Shown here: piece by piece, positions 1 through 12,500 of the stretch
Layout of the letters: each line of letters begins with the position of its first letter
How positions within the stretch are numbered: the first letter of the stretch is position 1
Source: an uncultured Planctomycetota bacterium
Lineage (GTDB): Bacteria; Planctomycetota; Planctomycetia; Isosphaerales; Isosphaeraceae
Assembly: GCA_963823665.1 (NCBI GenBank)
Contig: CAWGMQ010000011.1
Coordinates: forward strand, 32,001-96,000
DNA length: 64,000 nt
Direction: 5' to 3'
Translations under genes and position numbers: made by a program
The notes under the pieces: model-generated
What the model saw: only the letters and a program-made list of their open reading frames with translations
Told to the model about the DNA's origin: nothing
Databases searched by the model: none

Positions 1-94
1 AGCCCAGATATGGCAAGATTGCTCCTGGCCTGGTGGCCGCACATTCGGATCGGGATTTTCAACTCGTCCGGGACGATTCAAGCGGAGACGCAAC

Positions 95-535
95 ATGACG
101 CTCGCGAAAACGCTCTTGCTGGTCTGTTTGCTCGCCACCGTCGCTGCTGACGACCCCCCAAAAAAAGACGATGCCGAGTCGTTCAAGGGCACCTGGAAGG
201 CTCTATCCATGAAGCAAGGGGGCCAGAACGTCCCGGAGGATTTCGTGAAGTCAATGACATTCAACTTCGACGGCAAGAAGTACATCCAGAAGGTCCAGGA
301 TGAGAGCGAGGAGGGGAACTATTCCATCGACGCATCCCAGAGCCCCAAGACAATCGACCTGGACATCAAGACGGGCAACGACCAGGGGAAGAAGCAGATC
401 GGCATCTACAAGTTTGAAGACGGCAAGCTGACCTTCATCGTCGCAAAGGCCGGTTCCACGGATCGGCCGAAATCGTTCAAACCCGAGAAGGATGCTGACG
501 TCATCGAATTCGTGCTCGAGCGCGAGAAATCCTGA
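95..535 (+). CDS. Exported Planctomycete TIGR03067-type domain protein
   Basis: Signal peptide (MTLAKTLLLVCLLATVAA); motifs FKGTWK, IDASQSPKTIDL, GIYKFEDGKL typical of this family; GGAG SD upstream. Confidence 0.85.
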   Translation: MTLAKTLLLVCLLATVAADDPPKKDDAESFKGTWKALSMKQGGQNVPEDFVKSMTFNFDGKKYIQKVQDESEEGNYSIDASQSPKTIDLDIKTGNDQGKKQIGIYKFEDGKLTFIVAKAGSTDRPKSFKPEKDADVIEFVLEREKS

Positions 536-575
536 GGTGCTGTGCGCTCGCGCCGGATACGACCCAGAGGAATCG

Positions 576-779
576 TTACGAGCTGTTCTTCCCGGAAGCT
601 CGCAACCCGGAAATCGGCTTCGAAGCGCTCATCAAGAGTCTCGCGTAGCAACAAACGTCTTCCGCGTCGCCTGCCACCGCGGGGCCCGCGCCACGCCCCT
701 GAACGCGAATGATCCCAACCGGAGTGCAGAGAATTGCGACGAGTCCAACGAGGATCCGGGCGACGTTTGACTTCTTCAT
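576..779 (-). CDS. Small hypothetical protein with hydrophobic N-terminus, possibly truncated
   Basis: ATG 779 overlaps the TGA of the upstream gene (ATGA); MKKSNVARILVGLVAILC is signal-like; no recognisable domain. Confidence 0.3.
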   Translation of the reverse strand: MKKSNVARILVGLVAILCTPVGIIRVQGRGAGPAVAGDAEDVCCYARLLMSASKPISGLRASGKNSS

Positions 780-1599
780 TCCTCGGTCCGCCAGCTTTCG
801 TTCAGTGTCCCTCCGCGCACCTTCGCCGCCAGATCGGCGTCCTCGCGGTCGCGGCGGCGCTGGCGACGGTCCGTGCGCCACGCCTCGAACAGGAGAACCG
901 CGAACCAGACGGCGCCGCCGACAATAACGAACGCGTCAAGGTCCGTTTGCCCGGGCGCACAACTCCTTGCGCAATCACACCCGCGATCGCCACAACGAAC
1001 CAGAGCAGCAAGAATGGCAGGAAACGATCCGTGTCCGAAGTAATCATCGATGATAGTTTCTTCGCGATCATCCCCTCGGCCGGCGTGATGGCGCGCATCA
1101 GCGCCCACGCCGCCAGCGGAAACAACGGCGCGGCCAGGAAGCCGGGCTGGCCCAGGATTCTCCACGCGACAATTCCCCCGAGAGCCGCCACCACGAGCGA
1201 TGGCACGAGATAGCGGTCCCATCTCTGCCGTCGGAAAAGGATCTCGCTCGGCCCCGGCTTCATGCGAACCGATCGCGGCTCGAGCAGCGCCGTCTTGTAT
1301 GCAAACAGATTCCAGCCGGTCTGGACCGCGAGTGAAAGCGTAGCTCGCAAATGCTCGACGATGATCGCGCGCTCTTCGATCTCATAGTTCTCAAAGTAGA
1401 TCGCGATTCGCGCCGACCCGTCGAGCAGCACGATACGACGTAACCGTCCGGTGGAGTACACGCGGCTAAATGCGCGCGGCCGCGCGCGACTTGCTTCGCG
1501 CGCCTGGGAGCTCGGGGCCGATCACCGAGGGCATCCAGGCCCGCTCGACCGCCGGCCGCACCAGCACGCGCGCAAGCTCTCTGCTCGTGACCAGCGCGG

Positions 1600-3161
1600 T
1601 CACTCCACCGGCTTCGTCTCCGCTGCCACCCGTTCTTTCTTCCACTGATCCGGCAGCAACTCTCTGATTCGCCGCGCGGGGTGCGTGCTGATCCGCTCCA
1701 GCACGTCACGCAGATAGGCAAACGCATCCACCCCCACGTTCTTGCACGTCATGCACAAGCTCATCAGCGTCGCCGCCGTCTTGCCGCCGGCGTCACTCCC
1801 GGCGAATAACCAATTCTTTCGACCGAGTGCCACCGGCTTCATCCCGCGCTCGCTGGCGTTATTGTCGATCGACAGCCAACCCGCCTCGGTGAATCTCTCG
1901 AGCGCCTGCCAGTGATTCAAGGCATACCCGATCGCTTCGCCGATCGGACTCTTGGGCAATACGCGACTCTTTTCCTGTAACAACCAAGCGTGGATCTCAT
2001 TCAAGATCGGCTTCGAACGCTCCTGGCGCAATGCCCCGCGCACCGCGTCGTCCTGATCCTTGGTGTCCTTCTCCACCTTGTACAACTGCTGAATCATGGC
2101 CATCGCCACGTGCGCCCTTACCGCGTCGCTCGACTTGGACTCGTGGAACTTCCGCCGCGCATGCGCCCAGCACCCCACTTCGATGATCTTCTTCCCGGCG
2201 TAGATCGCGTCGTAGGCCGAATACGCGTCGGCTTGAAGGTAGCCTTCATAACCATCGAGCATCCGCTGCGGTCCCTCGCCGCTGCGATCCGGCGTGTAGT
2301 CGTACACCACGTGGGGATGATCGCGATCCCCCAGGTAGTCCCAGAGCCGGCCTGTCCGCGTCTTCCCCAAACTCCGGTCCAGAACGGGTACTGGCGTGTC
2401 GTCAGTCTGAATGACCCGCGATTTGAGGATCTCGCAGTGCATCTCCGCGACGATCGGTTCCAACAATTCGGCAGAGACCGCCATCCAATCGCACATCGTC
2501 TGACGAGACAGCTCCACGCCGTGACGGCGGAAGATTCCTTCCTGCCGATAAAGCGGCAAATGGTCGGCGTACTTGCTGACGATCACCTGGGCCATGAGCC
2601 CTGGGCCAGGCAAACCTTTCTCGATCGGCTCAGGAAGTCGTTCGGCAATGATCACGTTGGCCTGGCATGCCTTGCACGCGTACTTGGGCCGCACATGCTC
2701 GACCACAATCAAGCTGGCCTGAACAAATTCAAGCTGCTCGCGAACCTCCTCGCCAATGCCGGTGCGGATGACGCCGCAGTCGGGGCACGGGAGTAGTTCG
2801 GGGAGAACGTCGTGGACCTTGCGCCGCGCTCGAGGCTCCTGGGCAGCGGCTTACGACCGTGCCCGTTCTTCTTGGTTGGTTCCGCTTGGCCAACCGACTC
2901 GGTTGTCTTCGCGTCGGCAGCCGGTGGGGCCGCAGCGGGGTCGACTCCGGTTGCTTCCAAGATCTCGCGGGCGAAAAGGAGGAGTTGGTTGGGGTCGAGC
3001 TTTTCGGTCCTGGGGCCGTAGATCCGCCGCAGGAGCTTTTCGAGCTGATGCTGGAGGTGCTCGTTCAGGACGGTCTGCTGGCGCAGCGTCTCCAAGAGCT
3101 CGCGGATGAGCTGATGGGCGGTTTCCAGATCGGTGGGGAGTGAATCGGCCGCCGTCGTCAT
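1600..3161 (-). CDS. tnpC: IS66 DDE transposase TnpC, one frameshift near 2827
   Basis: N-terminal coiled coil (RRIYGPRTEK); zinc finger CPDC...CKAC; KYADHLPLYRQ, QTDDT, CWAHARRKF, IDNNASER, GRKNWLFAGS. Confidence 0.95.
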
Positions 3162-3211
3162 ACCGTTATTACGGTCGACCGCCGTCAATGTGACGAGAGA
3201 TTCTCAGAAGA

Positions 3212-3592
3212 TTATACGAGTGCATCTGCCTGCGAGATGGGGATGGGCGCCGGCAAAGTGTAGCGTCGCTGGCGGCCCGCGGTGCGTAAATCGATGCCGG
3301 CGAGGATGGCAGCCATCTCGGCCGGCGAGACTTCGATGCGGTTCGCCGTGGGTTGAGGGAAGCGGAAGACGCCTCGCTCGAGCCGCTTGTACCAGAGCGC
3401 GTAGCCATCGCGGTCCCAGTAGAGGATCTTGAGGCGATCGCCCCGCCGATTGCGAAAGACGAAGAGATGGCCGCAGAGGGGATCCAAGCCGATGGTCGAA
3501 GAGGTGAGGGCAGCGAGGCCGTCGAATCCCTTCCGGAGATCCGCTGGCCCAACGGCCAAGAAAATGCGGACTGTGGGTGGGAAGTTGATCAC
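3212..3592 (-). CDS. tnpB: IS66 accessory protein TnpB
   Basis: DLRKGFDGL, LFVFRNRRGDRLKILYWDRDGYALWYKRLERGVF signature. Confidence 0.96.
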   Translation of the reverse strand: MINFPPTVRIFLAVGPADLRKGFDGLAALTSSTIGLDPLCGHLFVFRNRRGDRLKILYWDRDGYALWYKRLERGVFRFPQPTANRIEVSPAEMAAILAGIDLRTAGRQRRYTLPAPIPISQADALV

Positions 3593-3985
3593 GGCCGATC
3601 TTCCAGGACGTCGAGGAGTTGATGAAGGGTCGCCGGATCAAAGCCGGGTGGAATGCGGACGAAGTGTCGTTCACTCACGACGAGCTCGAGCGAGGCGGGT
3701 GGATGGGAGACGTGGGGGTCGGCCGTAGAAACCCTCGATTGGGGACGGACAAGCACAGGAAGGAAGGCGGGGAGCGCGGGAGCTCGCCGGGGCAGAGACC
3801 GGCGCCGGGCGACGGCTTTCCGAGGGGCCGGCGGTAGGAAATCCGCCACGGAGACCGTATAGCCAACTGCGGAAGGAGCTGACGGAGATATGACGGCGGC
3901 GACAAAACTCAGTTTGGGTCAAACCAGAGCGGTGGAAGTCAGCCAGTATGGCTGACCAATCGCATTTGGGAATAGCGCGGGACAT
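3589..3985 (-). CDS. tnpA: IS66 accessory protein TnpA, frameshift near 3850
   Basis: SGLTQTEFCRRRHISVSSFRSW HTH in one frame; FLPV...LELVV...VRIPPGFDPATL in another; stop overlaps tnpB GTG. Confidence 0.88.
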
Positions 3986-4715
3986 GCGTGGACTCCGGTG
4001 CGTGAGGGCACCGGCTTATCCTGACACCAACCCCCGCCCGGATAAAGATGCACTTCACCGGACGGTTACATACGACCGCCGTCGCGCCCTCCCGGCCGCC
4101 ATCGCGCGTCGGTCACCTGCGTGAGGTCGATCTCCCGAGTCCGGATTACCCCTCGACTGATGATCCGTGTACCCCGGATCGTCAACGTTTCTCGCAGATA
4201 TGCCAGCAGGAGCCACACCGAAACGCCGGTCATGAACACCGGCACTCCCACCAAGAGCGCCGCGGCCGCAACTCGATCCACAATCTTGGTGTCGGTAGCA
4301 ACCACGATTGCGTCGATGACAGCCCACGCCGCGTAGCCGATCACGCCGCCCAGACCGAGGTTGCGATACCAGCGCCGAAGTCGAAAACTTGCGTCCAATG
4401 GCGCCTCGGAGCCCATAACCGCTCAAACTGATGTTTCGTCGCCACACCCCTCCATCCAATCTTAATCCCCGGCATCAGGATTGCTCAATTCATCGTCGAG
4501 GCGGCTTCGCTCGGAATCAACGGCAGTTCTCGATCCGCCATGATCGATTAACGGCTCCATACCCCCAACCCGCCGCCTGCTCTGGAATTCTCCGATCCAT
4601 AGGCTTATTCTCAATGGCATCTCAAGTCGAACCCCACCGATCCTTTCGCGTCAAAAGCGTGCGAGTCTGCATGTAATCTCGGATGAATCGCGGAGTGGAG
4701 CGGAGTGATCGCCCC

Positions 4716-6245
4716 ATGATTGAAGACTCGAAGACCGCGAAAAGACGTCTCTCCACACCGGAGTTCCTCGCCGCGCTCGAACGGTCCGGAATCCTGCCCG
4801 ATGCGACCTGCCGGGAAGTGCAGTGCCGATTCGCACGCCGGGCGCAAAAGCTGGATTCGCTCGCGCTGGCCCATGAACTCATGGCCGAAGGTACGATCAC
4901 GGAGTTCCAGGCCCGCCGGCTTCTGTGGGGGAAGAAACTGCTTTCGTTCGGCCGCTATGCCTTGCTCGACAGCATCGGCAAGGGGGGCCGCGGCCGGGTA
5001 TTCAAGGCTCGACACCGCTTGATGGATCGCGTGGTCGCCCTGAAGGTCATGTTGCCCGAGACCGCGCTCAATGAGGGCGCGGTCTCCCGTTTCTTCCGCG
5101 AAATGAAAATCGTCGCCCTCCTGGAAAATCCACACGTGGTTCGCGCCATCGATGCCGACGTGCATGAGGGCTGCCCATACATCGTGATGGAGTATCTCGA
5201 CGGCGATGACCTGGAACGCGTCCTGTCGCGCCGCGCGCCTCTGCCGCCGAGTGATGTGATTGGATACGCCGCGCAAGCCGCGCGCGGGCTCGCACACGCG
5301 CACTCAAAGGGCGTGATTCACCGCGATGTCAAGCCGACGAATCTGTTCCTCGCCAAGACGGGGGTTGTGAAGATACTCGACCTGGGATGCGGCGAGCTGG
5401 TCGGAATGGCGGGCCAGCCCGCAAACGTCTTTGACACCGACGAAGGCGTTGTCGTGGGGACGACCGATTTCATGTCGCCCGAGCAGGTCAGGGATAAGCC
5501 GATCGATGCCCGGACCGACCTCTTCAGTCTCGGCTGCACGATGTACCGTCTGTTGACAGGGGAATACGCGTTCCCCGGAACGACCAGGGAAGAGCGGCTC
5601 GTTAAACGGATCCGCGATCCGCATCACCCGATCGGGAAAGTTCGGCCGGGCCTCTCCGACGGCCTGGTCACCGTCGTTGACCGACTGCTCGCCCTCCGCC
5701 CGGACGATCGCTTCGCATCGGCGACCGAAGTCGCGGAGGCCCTCGAGGCACTGGGCAGGCCCGCCGGCTGGTCCGAGTGCGCGCCGACAAGGGCGCCGGA
5801 GCCAACGCCGTCCGGCGACGCCTTGCCCGCTCTTTCGTCCGAGCCCGAAGAAGAACTGGACTGGTCGCTGATCGAATCGGCACTCAGTCCCAAGAGTCAG
5901 CACGCCCGCGACAGCTCGCGCCTTGTGGAACGCAGTGAGCCCAGGCGGCGATCCACCAAGGATCTCTCTTCCCATCGACAGGTCCTCGAGCAACAGGGCG
6001 TCGAGACCGGCCGAGACGTGCACGCAAAATATCGTCAAGAGTTGATTCAAATGAAGAAGACGATGACCGCGCTCGGCGAAATGGACGCGAATGACCCAGC
6101 TCCCTCCGCGGTACAGACCTGGTTTGAGCGAATCGGCGAAAAGATCGGCGATTTCCTGGCCGAGCCCAGCGCGGGCCAGATCGTCATCTGCATCCTCCTG
6201 GTCCTCCTCGTATTTGTGGCGGCCTTTGCGTTCCTGGTCGGATAG
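4716..6245 (+). CDS. Ser/Thr protein kinase with C-terminal membrane anchor
   Basis: GKGGRGRV, VALK, HRDVKPTN, DLG, GTTDFMSPEQ, DLFSLG; hydrophobic C-terminus. Confidence 0.93.
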   Translation: MIEDSKTAKRRLSTPEFLAALERSGILPDATCREVQCRFARRAQKLDSLALAHELMAEGTITEFQARRLLWGKKLLSFGRYALLDSIGKGGRGRVFKARHRLMDRVVALKVMLPETALNEGAVSRFFREMKIVALLENPHVVRAIDADVHEGCPYIVMEYLDGDDLERVLSRRAPLPPSDVIGYAAQAARGLAHAHSKGVIHRDVKPTNLFLAKTGVVKILDLGCGELVGMAGQPANVFDTDEGVVVGTTDFMSPEQVRDKPIDARTDLFSLGCTMYRLLTGEYAFPGTTREERLVKRIRDPHHPIGKVRPGLSDGLVTVVDRLLALRPDDRFASATEVAEALEALGRPAGWSECAPTRAPEPTPSGDALPALSSEPEEELDWSLIESALSPKSQHARDSSRLVERSEPRRRSTKDLSSHRQVLEQQGVETGRDVHAKYRQELIQMKKTMTALGEMDANDPAPSAVQTWFERIGEKIGDFLAEPSAGQIVICILLVLLVFVAAFAFLVG

Positions 6246-6590
6246 TGGGTGCCATTCACATCCCACCAAGCCATGGCGCTCCTTGCCCGCCACTCGCCAT
6301 TTTTTGACGTCACTTCCACGCGCGTGTTCTAGGTTAGCAACAAGAGGATTGCGAGCGCGTGGCGAGCGGCAGAGTGCCGCACCATCCCGCCCGGCCGAAG
6401 CACTGCGAGAATCGGTGCTTGCGAGGCCATTTTCGTCGCGTTGGATCTGAAGACGTCAAGTTTGCGGGTCGGCCGTCCCCGCGGCTCCGATCGCGTTCGC
6501 GCTCTCACGAGCGGCGCTCGCCGCGGCGCCGCCGGAAGCCGGCCCGCGCCCTGGCTCACGCTTTTTTCACTCGCTCTGGAGTTGCCGCTC

Positions 6591-9500
6591 ATGTCGTCTT
6601 TGAATCGTCCCGGCAGTCGGATCGCCAGTTCGCGCCGCGGCCAGACCCCTATCGCCCGGCGGCGCTTCGCGTGCAGCCGCCGCAATTCATCGCCCCGCCT
6701 CGAGTTCCTGGAAGAACGCACGCTGCTCTCCATCGACATGGTATCGAACAGCAACGACAGCGGCCCGGGATCGCTGCGCAACGCAATCGCGACTGCCGGC
6801 GCCGGCGACATGATCGAATTCAACATGACGCCCGGTCATGTCACCAGCCCGATCACGCTCACGACCGGGGAGCTCACGATTGCCCAGAACCTGAAGATCG
6901 TGGGGCCCGGCGCGTCGCATTTGACGATCAGCGGGAACGGAGCCAGCACGGTCGTCGCCGTTTCGACGGGAACAAACGTCGCGATTTCCGGAGTGACGAT
7001 TGCCGACGGAGTCAACGGCGGAACCGGCGGCGGCGTTGCCAACAAGGGAGACCTGAAGCTGTTGGACGACGTGCTCAGCGATAATTCGGCGCAATCCGGC
7101 GGGGCAATCTACAACAGCACCGGCAGCCTTTCCGTGACGGGGTGCACGATCGAGTCGAATCACGCGAGCAACTCCGGATTCGGCGGGGGGATTTTCGTCA
7201 CCGCAGGCTTCGTGACGATCGAAGACTCCACGTTCCAGGGAAACTCCGCGGAGGGCGGCGGCGCACTCGTCAACGGGGGAGGCACGGTCTCGCTCATCAA
7301 CTCGACGCTCACGTCCAACAGCGCGACGGACTGTGGCGCGATCGACAACGCGAGCAATGCGGAGCTGATCAATTGCACCGTCGCGGGCAACACGAGCACG
7401 GGTATCGCCGGCGGTATTTTCAATGGCGTGGTCGCCTCCCTCACAATCGGAAACACGATCATCGCCGGCAACTCAGCCGGCGGCGCTGCCTCCGATTTTG
7501 ACGGCGCTGTAACGACCGACCTGGGAAATAACCTGATCGGTGATACCTCCGGCAGCTCCGGCTTTACCGGGCCCTCGGACCTGCTCGGCGTCGCCTCCGG
7601 CCTTGCGCCCCTCGAGAACAACGGCGGGCCCACCCAGACGATGGGTTTGACGCCCGGCAGTCCGGCGATTGACGCCGGTAATAATGCGCTCATCCCCGCC
7701 GGCGTTGGCACCGATCAGCGCGGTTTTTCCCGCATCGTGAACGGCACAGTCGATGTCGGTGCGTTCGAGGTCCAGTTGTACGTCGTCGACAACACGAACG
7801 ATCAGGGCCCCGGCTCGCTGCGCGCGGCGGTGACGAACGCCGACCAGGCCGGCGGCAGCTCCATCCTCTTCGCCACCACCGGAGTGATCACGCTGCAAAG
7901 CGCCCTTCCGGCGATCAGCGCTGACGTCAACATGGTTGGCCCCGGCGCAAACACCTTGAGCGTGAGCGGCAATGCAGCGTTTCAGGTCTTCGACGTGGAG
8001 ACGGGTGTCACGGCGGGCATCTCGGGCCTGACCATCACCGACGGCTCCTCCGGCGGGAATGGAGGCGGCATCGAGAATGATGGAACACTGACTCTGACCA
8101 GTTGCACGGTATCGGACAGCAGCTCCGGGAACGATGGCGGCGGAATTTTCAACTCGGGCACTTTGACCGTGATCGCCAGCACCGTTTCGGGAAATACGTC
8201 ATCGAATGATGCCGGCGGCATAGAGAACAGCGGCACCGTCGCTGTGGTCAACAGCACGGTCGCGGATAATTCGGCGAACAGCGGCCAAGGGGGCGGAATC
8301 AATAACGCCGGCACGCTCGATCTGGTGAACAGCACCATCGCCGACAACTCCGCATTTAACGGCGGCGGCATCCAGGCCGGCGGTGCGGTGACCATGGCAA
8401 ACACGATCGTCGGTTACAACACCTTGACCGGTGGCACCGGGGCCGACTTCGACGGCAGCATTTCCACCGATTCTGGCTATAACCTGATCGCCGACTCATC
8501 CGGTAGCAGCGGCTTCACGCAGCCGTCCGATATCCTCGACGTCGATCCACTCCTGAGCGCGCTGGGAAACTATGGCGGCCCGACCCAGACAATCTCACTT
8601 CTGCCCGGCAGCCCCGCCATCGACGCAGGCAGCAACGCACTGGCCGCCTTCGACAGCAGTCCCCTCACCACGGACCAGCGCGGAGATCCCCGGATCAACG
8701 ACGGCATCGTCGATATCGGAGCGCTCGAAACCCATCTATTCACGATCACAATCCTGTTCGGCGACAACCAGTCCACTGCCGTGAAGACCGATTTCAACGT
8801 CTTGCTCACGGTGGTACTCACAACCTTCTATGGCGAGCCAGTCGAGGGTGGCATCGTCACCTTCACAGCCCCCGGCAGCGGCGCCTCGGCAACATTCCCC
8901 GCAGGCAGAACCATCATCACCAGTCCGGCCGGCACTGCCAGCGCTCTGGCGGAAGCAAACACCATCACCGGCAGCTATCAGGTCGCCGCCTCTTCTGGGG
9001 GCGCCGGCACCAAGCACTTCAACCTCACGAATACCCCCGGCGCAGCCACGCAACTCGCCATCCAAACTCAACCTTCGGCAACGGCGTCCGCCGGCCTGCC
9101 GTTCGGCACGCAGCCGGTGATCGATATCGAAGACCAGTACGGCAACCTGGAAACCGGCGACAACAGCACCCAGGTCACGGCGGCGCTCGCCACCGGCTCG
9201 GGAACGCTGGAAGGCACTACGACCGTCACCGCTTCGGCCGGCGTCGCCACGTTCACAAACCTTGCATTCAGCATTCCCGATACCATCACGCTCAAATTCA
9301 CCAGCTCGCCCGCTCTCACCTCGGTGACCTCGAACGCCATCGTCGTCACGGCTCCGCCCACTCAGTTAGTGATCGAAACAGAGCCTTCCGCCACGGCCAC
9401 GGCCGGCGTGTCGTTCGCAACCCAGCCGGTTGTCTACGTCGAAGATCAATACGGCGACCTCGAGACCAATGACAACACCACGCAGGTGACCGCCTCGCTC

Positions 9501-12500
9501 GCGAGCGGAGCTGGGCCGCTAAACGGCACCGTCACCGTGACGGTCACCGGCGGCATCGCCACATTTACGAACTTGTCGGACAACACGGCCGAGACCATCT
9601 CGCTCCGGTTCACCAGCGTGCCGGTCCTGACAGCGGCCACATCCAGCGACATCGTGATCAGCCCGGCGGCGGCAAGCAAGCTGGCCGTGAGCACACAGCC
9701 TTCGCCGACCGCGACCGCCGGCGTCGCTTTCAGCACGCAGCCCGTGGTCGACGTTGAAGACCAGTACGGCAATCTCGAGGCAAGCGACAACACGACCCAG
9801 GTGACCGCCACGCTTCATACGGGAAGCGGGCCGCTGCTAGGCACGACGACCGTGACGGTCTCTGGCGGCATCGCCACGTTCACCGATCTGTCGGACGATA
9901 CGGCCGAAACGATCTCGCTCCAGTTCACCAGCGTTCCAGCCCTGACGTCTGCGACATCCAATAACATCGACGTCAGTTCGGCGGCGGCTACCCAGCTCGT
10001 TGTGCAGACGCAACCCTCCGCCACGGCGACAGCCGGCGTGGCCTTTGCCACGCAGCCGGTCATCTGGCTCGAAGATCAGTATGGTAACCTCGTAAAGGGC
10101 AACAGTGCGGCACAGGTCACGGCTTCAGCGCTACCCGCCGGCTCCGGTCCGCTCCAGGGGTTCACAACGATCACAGCCTCCAATGGCGTCGTGGACTTCT
10201 CCGGTCTTGCGTACGATACAGCCGCGACCATTTACCTGCACTTTACGAGCGTGCCGGCGCTCACCGTGGCCAACTCGAGCAACATCGTGGTCAGCCCCGC
10301 AGCCGCCAGTCAGCTCGCCATCATCACGCAGCCCTCGCCGACAGCGACGGCAGGCGTCGCCTTCAGCACCCAGCCTGTCGTCTACGTTGAAGACCAGTAC
10401 GGAAACCTCGAGACTGGCGACAACACAACCCAGGTGAGTGCCTCGCTCAACACGGGAAGCGGGCCGCTCCAGGGAACCACGACCGAAACAGTCTCCGGCG
10501 GTATCGCCACATTCACCAACCTTTCCGACAACAAGGCCGAGACGATCTCGCTCCAGTTCACCAGCGTTCCCGCCGTGACCGCCGCAACATCGAACAACAT
10601 CGTCGTCAGTCCTGCGGCCGCCACGCAGTTGGTTTTGATCACGCAGCCATCCGCCACGGCGACAGCCGGCGTCGCGTTCGCGACCCAGCCGGTCGTCTAC
10701 ATCGAAGACCAGTACGGCAACGTCGAGACCGGCGACAACACGACAGAGGTCACTGCCGCGCTCAACACCGGCTCCGGGCCACTGCAAGGAACGACGATCG
10801 AGACGGCCTCCAGTGGCATCGCGACATTCACCAATCTCGCGGATGACAAGGCCGAAACGATTTCGCTCCAGTTCACCAGCGTCCCGGCCCTGGCCGTGGC
10901 GACATCGAACAACATCGTGATCAGCCCCGCGGCCGCCAGTCAGTTGGCGGTGATCACCGAACCCTCGCCCACGGCGACGGCAGGCGTCGCCTTCGGCACG
11001 CAGCCCGTCGTCTACGTCGAAGACCAGTACGGCAACCTCGAGACCGGCGACAACGCGACCCAGGTGACGGCCACCTCCTTGCCGAATGGCTCCGGTCCGC
11101 TGCAAGGAACCACCACGGAGACCGTTTCCGGCGGCATCGCGACATTCACCAATCTTGCGGACGACCGGGCCGAGACCATCACGCTTCAGTTTTCGAGCGT
11201 CCCTTCGCTCGCCGTCGCGACTTCAAGCACAATCGTCATCAGCCCGGCCGCAGCGACTCAGTTGGCGCTCGTCACCGAGCCGTCCGCGACAGCAACAGCA
11301 GGCGTGCCATTCAGCACGCAGCCGGTGATCTGGGTCGAAGACCAGTACGGCAACATCGAGACGGGCGACAACACGACGCAGGTGACAGCCGCTTTGAACA
11401 CCGGCTCCGGACCGTTGCTGGGAACCACGACCGAGACAGTCTCCGGCGGCATCGCCACGTTCACCAACCTTTCCGACGACACGGCTGAAACGATTTCGCT
11501 GCAGTTCACCAGCGTTCCTGCCCTGACTGCCGCGACATCGAACAACATCGTCGTCAGTCCTGCGGCCGCCACTCAGTTGGTGTTGATCACGCAGCCTTCC
11601 TCCACGGCGACGGCCGGCGTCGCCTTCGCGACACAGCCGGTCGTCTACATCGAAGACCAGTACGGCAATCTCGAGACCGGAGACAACACGACCCAGGTGA
11701 CAGCCGCCTCCTTGCCGATCGGCTCCGGTCCGTTGCAAGGCACCACGACGGTGACGGCCTCGGGTGGCATCGTCACGTTTACCGATCTCGCCGACGACAC
11801 GGCCGAGACCATTTCGCTGCATTTCACGAGCAGCCCTCCTCTCACCGTGCTGAATTCCAACAACATCGTGGTCAGCCCAGCCGCGGCCAGTCTGCTCGCG
11901 ATCAGCACACAGCCCTCGCCCACGGCGATGGCCGGCGTCGCCTTCGGCACCCAGCCGGTCATCTGGGTCGAAGACCAGTATGGCAACCTCGAGACCAGCG
12001 ACAACACAACTGAGGTGACCGCGGCGCTGGACCTGGGCAGTGGTCCGCTGCAAGGCACCACGACGGTGATGGTCTCCGGCGGCATCGCCACATTCACCAA
12101 CCTTTCCGACAACCAGGCCGAGACGATTTCGCTCCAGTTCACGAGCGTTCCTGCCCTGACCGCCGCGACGTCGAACAACATCGTCGTCAGTCCGGCGGCC
12201 GCCACGCAACTGGTTTTGATCACGCAGCCATCCGCCACGGCGACAGCCGGCGCCACGTTCGCGACCCAGCCGGTCGTCTACATCGAAGACCAGTACGGCA
12301 ACCTAGAGACCGGCGACAACTCGACAGTAGTGACTGCCGCGCTCAACACCGGCTCCGGTCCCCTGCAAGGAACCACGCTGCAGACGGCCGCGAACGGCAT
12401 TGTGACCTTCACGAATCTCGCGGACGACAAAGCCGAAACGATTTCCCTCCAGTTCACCAGCGTCCCGGCCCTGGCCGCGGCGACATCGAACAACATCGTG

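Larger units (their letters stand above)
1440..4069 (-). mobile_element. IS66-family insertion sequence, 2630 bp
   Basis: Inverted repeats GTAACCGTCCGGTGGAGTACA (1440-1460) and revcomp GTAACCGTCCGGTGAAGTGCA (4049-4069); tnpA-tnpB-tnpC order; flanking ATACGAC at 1433-1439 and 4070-4076. Confidence 0.97.
776..4416 (-). pseudogene. Membrane protein gene (PH-like segment) interrupted by IS66; 5' part 4416-4070, 3' part 1439-776
   Basis: Removing the IS and one ATACGAC copy joins ...RPGGRDGGR to IVLLDGSARIAIYFENY in frame; several hydrophobic segments; additional frameshift near 960. Confidence 0.8.
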
